DNA of 61,053 nt, the filler included, from Dugesia japonica (Eukaryota): the NCBI GenBank assembly GCA_001938525.1. It is 6 parts of 6 records of this genome, joined end to end, with 100 filler letters (N's around TTAATTAATTAA, not from the genome) between each part and the next. Parts side by side here need not be neighbours in the genome. Positions count along the whole stretch, not along the records: positions 52,566 to 61,053 come from MQRL01563181.1; 5 more parts are not named here. The stretch is one strand, 5' to 3'. Under the pieces are notes generated by a model. That model had not been told where the DNA came from and did not search any database. It worked only from the letters and a program-made list of their open reading frames with translations. Positions 58,025 through 61,053 of this stretch are shown here, piece by piece. The translations under genes were made by a program, and so were the position numbers. Position 1 is the first letter of the stretch. Each line of letters opens with the position of its first letter.

Positions 58025-58341
58025 TTATTCATCTAGCTCGATAATCTCTTTTGGCTTTTCTTTGACTACTTCTGGAGTTGGTTTCATTTCCTGAGTTATT
58101 GTACGAACTGTTGCTATCAGCACGCTCTCTCGGTCAGAGTATGATTTGATTATGTACCCCATTGCACGACAGAATTAAGATAACACAAGGTCTCGTTCCT
58201 GCAACTTAATATTCTTTGCTCGTAGTGTAGAGTTCTTTCTTTATAACTCGGTGATTTCATTTTGTATCTTTCTTTGTAACGATGCCCATTTCTTGTGAAT
58301 GTCCGCTACAGAGGTGTTTGTTAGTTTCCTGGTTTTCGACA
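58025..58341 (-). pseudogene. CC1 coiled-coil cargo exon with two stops
   Basis: KWASLQRKIQNEITEL*EKNSTLRAK...CRAMGYIIKSYSDRESVLIATVRTITQ aligns with 6944-7294; TTTCAG acceptor. Confidence 0.75.
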
Positions 58342-58737
58342 CTGAAATTATTGACATGTAAAATTTTGTAGCTTTAAATCTTCACATAATTATTAAATTT
58401 GACATGGAGCATCATATTTATCAATTTTTTATTTAAAATTTGAAATCAATATAATTCTAATAAGAATTTATCCTTAATTTCTTTTAATCAAGTGAAAATT
58501 TTATTTCATGATCGTTGAATAATCTTAAGACAAGAAGAAATATTATAGCTAAAAACTATATTGATATTAAAACAATAATCATCACTCAATTCTCATAAAC
58601 ATTTCATATCGTATACTCATAGACGCTTCACTTTCAAAAATTATTTGATGTATCATTATCAGTTCATATGTCGTTTTATTTTATTATCAATTCATCACTC
58701 GTACCACTTCGTTGTCAATTCATCAATTCATATCCCT

Positions 58738-59000
58738 TCATTATCATTTCATCAATTCATATCTCGTATCACTTCATTATTGATTCCTCACACGTCATAA
58801 TCTCATACGTATTAAATCTTTCATGTCTCATAAGCATTAACATCTTTCGATTCTCATAAGCATTTCATTATTCTCATTATCATTTCATCAATTCATATCT
58901 CCTATTCCTTCATTATTGATTCCTCTCACATCATAATCTCATACGTATTAAACCTTTCATCTCTCATAAGCATTAATATCTTTCGATTCTCATAAGCATT
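58738..59000. repeat. ~138-bp tandem duplication inside copy F
   Basis: CATTATCATTTCATCAATTCATATCTC...CGATTCTCATAAGCATT present twice. Confidence 0.8.
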
Positions 59001-59808
59001 AACATTTTATAAACACTATTTTAACATGAGTAGATAATCTCGAATTAATACGTATCTCTGATCACTGATGTCCATCGTTGCCTGCGCTGCCGGTCAACGA
59101 TAAACATCATCTCAGTCTTCCGATCATTTAGTTTAAATAAATTAAGCAAAAATTACTTTGTTGTTTGTTGACGATAGTTTTGTTTGTAATACAATATGAA
59201 TACTACTGGTCACTTTTAACAATAAGAGAACCAAAGTCACAAAAGTTTTAAGAGATTTATTTGCTGCTTTTTATGAAAATTGTATCTTCTTTTATACAAA
59301 ACTGTAATGTCATTTTTTGGCAGGTGGTGTAGGCAACCACTTCAAATTTTTAGAAAACTCAGTGAATCATGCGGTGCTTACTCGCAGATTTGTTTATGAT
59401 GTCCAAATTTGGACATGATTTCTTATTCATTTTTTGCTCGTAATTTCTTAATGAATTTTATTTTTACATATGTATACCGGGGCTCACTCGGCATCATAGA
59501 TTATTTTTCACAAAACATTTAATGCGTGTGTTTGGTGTTCACCCAATACACATAAAACTGATTTTTTATATGAACGATGTGCGGTACTCAACAGACACAT
59601 ATAAATTTAATCCAATAATAATAAATTTAATAATATTTATCGTTAAATAATAATAATTTTAGATAGTTTGTCTCTATATTATACATAGGTATTTATACGT
59701 AAATGCATGTAATTAATTTACAAATTCCTAACTTAACTTTTTATTATCTTTCGTTACATATAATGCTACTTTCTTAATTCTAATTTCTTCTTCGTAATCC
59801 ATAATATT

Positions 59809-60800
59809 AGTAGGTAGATAGTGGTGCACTGGATCACTTGAACAAAGACAATGACTCAAAGTTGTGAGTCAAAATGATGAGTCATTGTTTTATAGATCAG
59901 GATGAGTCATCAGTATGGCTCATCAAGGTCTGAAACAAAGACAGTTTTTCATAAGAATGAGTCATAATAATGAGTCATCATTTTTATAGATCAGGATGAC
60001 TCAACCCCCATACACAAAATTTTTTTAATTAATTTTTTTAAATTGTTTTTTTAAAACAAAATAAAGAAAAACAAAATTGACTGATTTAATTCATTTATTT
60101 TATAACATTTAACTAATACACTTAATATTTTCTTTTATGACTGTCATGATAAATTGATTCAAAGAATTTTCTTTTCAAAATTTTCTTATTTTCCGAGCAA
60201 TTTTTTTATTTGAATATTACAAAGACTTCCCTTTATGAAGTTTTTTTATAGATATATTTTAACATGTAAATATCACAAAGACATTTTAACATTTAAATAT
60301 CCCACTCTTTGAACTTTTTTATTTGAATATTTTAATAAAAGTTATATTTTATCATGTAAGTATCATAAAGACTCTTTGAAGTTTTTGATAGATATATTTT
60401 CATCAATGCAACTCAGAAAAATTACAGCTGCAACACTTATACACTGAAAATTACAAGTCTGAGAATTTTTAAAACTTAACATAACCGCCATTTTGATATT
60501 TTAAAACTCAATGTAGCCGCCATTTTGAATTTTGTTAATAAATGCAATAAGTATGCAACTCAAATGCAACTCAGATGCTAAATATAGAGTCTACATATTC
60601 AAAATTTCAAGACTGTTCATACCATGCACAAATATATATAGACTGCTCATGCCATGTAAAATATCAAGACTGTTCAATATCCTGTAATAATATCTTAAAA
60701 AATGTCAAGACTGCCCGATATCTTGTAATAATATCTTAAAAATATCAAGAATGTCCATACCATGCATAAATTTTTTGTATTAATATCTTAAAAACTTTGA
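59809..60800 (+). mobile_element. Putative Polinton-type terminus and subterminal repeats
   Basis: Starts AGTAGGTAGATAGTGGTGCACTGGATCA; AP-1 site cluster; short tandem repeats at 60600-60790. Confidence 0.5.
59853..60003. promoter_or_regulatory. Cluster of seven AP-1/TRE-type sites (TGASTCA)
   Basis: TGACTCA/TGAGTCA at about 59853, 59865, 59878, 59903, 59959, 59971 and 59997. Confidence 0.6.
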
Positions 60801-60915
60801 AGCTAATGGTGAGTTTTTTTTTATAAATTAAATATTAAAAAAATGATTGATTTAGAAAATATCGAATCTGATAACCAATTGATGGAAGAATCCGTGTTTT
60901 CAAAATCATCAAATA

Positions 60916-61053
60916 CATTTATTAAAGGTTTGACTTAATTTAATTTAAAATTAATTATTATTTTGTTTTAGATTATTTTGTAAATCTATGAACAAATCTA
61001 AAACAAAATAATAATTAATTTTAAATTAAATTAAGTCAAACCTTTAATAAATG
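60916..61053. repeat. Near-perfect inverted repeat running to the window end
   Basis: CATTTATTAAAGGTTTGACTTAATTTAATTTAAAATTAATTATTATTTTGT ... ACAAAATAATAATTAATTTTAAATTAAATTAAGTCAAACCTTTAATAAATG. Confidence 0.85.

Larger units (their letters stand above)
57716..59548 (-). mobile_element. Copy F (1.83 kb) of cargo element family, inserted at the break of the Polinton polB
   Basis: Ends TATTGGG (57716) / GGTGTTCACCCAATA (59548); co-linear with copy B; no clear TSD. Confidence 0.8.

Noticed and set aside
57716-58341. RIP-like CpA>TpA mutation (TG>TA termini, CAA>TAA stops)
   Set aside because: Too few sites; CGA>TGA changes also occur, and a general GC>AT bias in decaying repeats explains the pattern

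Overview
This is very AT-rich eukaryotic (metazoan) DNA. The 44-57 bp GT-AG introns, AAT microsatellites and Polinton/Tigger/Gypsy/Penelope content suggest a flatworm such as a planarian, but that is inference. The window is not one locus: five artificial 100-bp spacers (N44-TTAATTAATTAA-N44) join six unrelated contigs of about 9-14 kb. Host genes are the 5' part of a BLM-type RecQ helicase (7 exons resolved by hand), the 5' part of a USP30-like deubiquitinase whose catalytic exon is missing from the ORF track, and an RPL6 fragment. Most of the rest is decayed transposon DNA: Gypsy, Tigger/pogo, hAT, mariner, Penelope, Polinton polB with putative termini, and foldback/MITE hairpins. Two things stand out. 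(1) An intronless gene, present as an inverted pair around a Tigger remnant, is built from tandem psq/CENP-B-type HTH modules with a conserved scaffold and a hypervariable recognition helix; it is a candidate transposase-derived modular DNA-binding array. (2) A family of at least six 2-3.7 kb elements or fragments, with TGTTGGG...CCCAACA-type ends where ends survive, has no transposase or RT. Members carry a CCAAT/TATA promoter, a leader splice donor and several acceptor-preceded cargo exons encoding conserved small and coiled-coil proteins; they are candidate gene-carrying giant solo LTRs.
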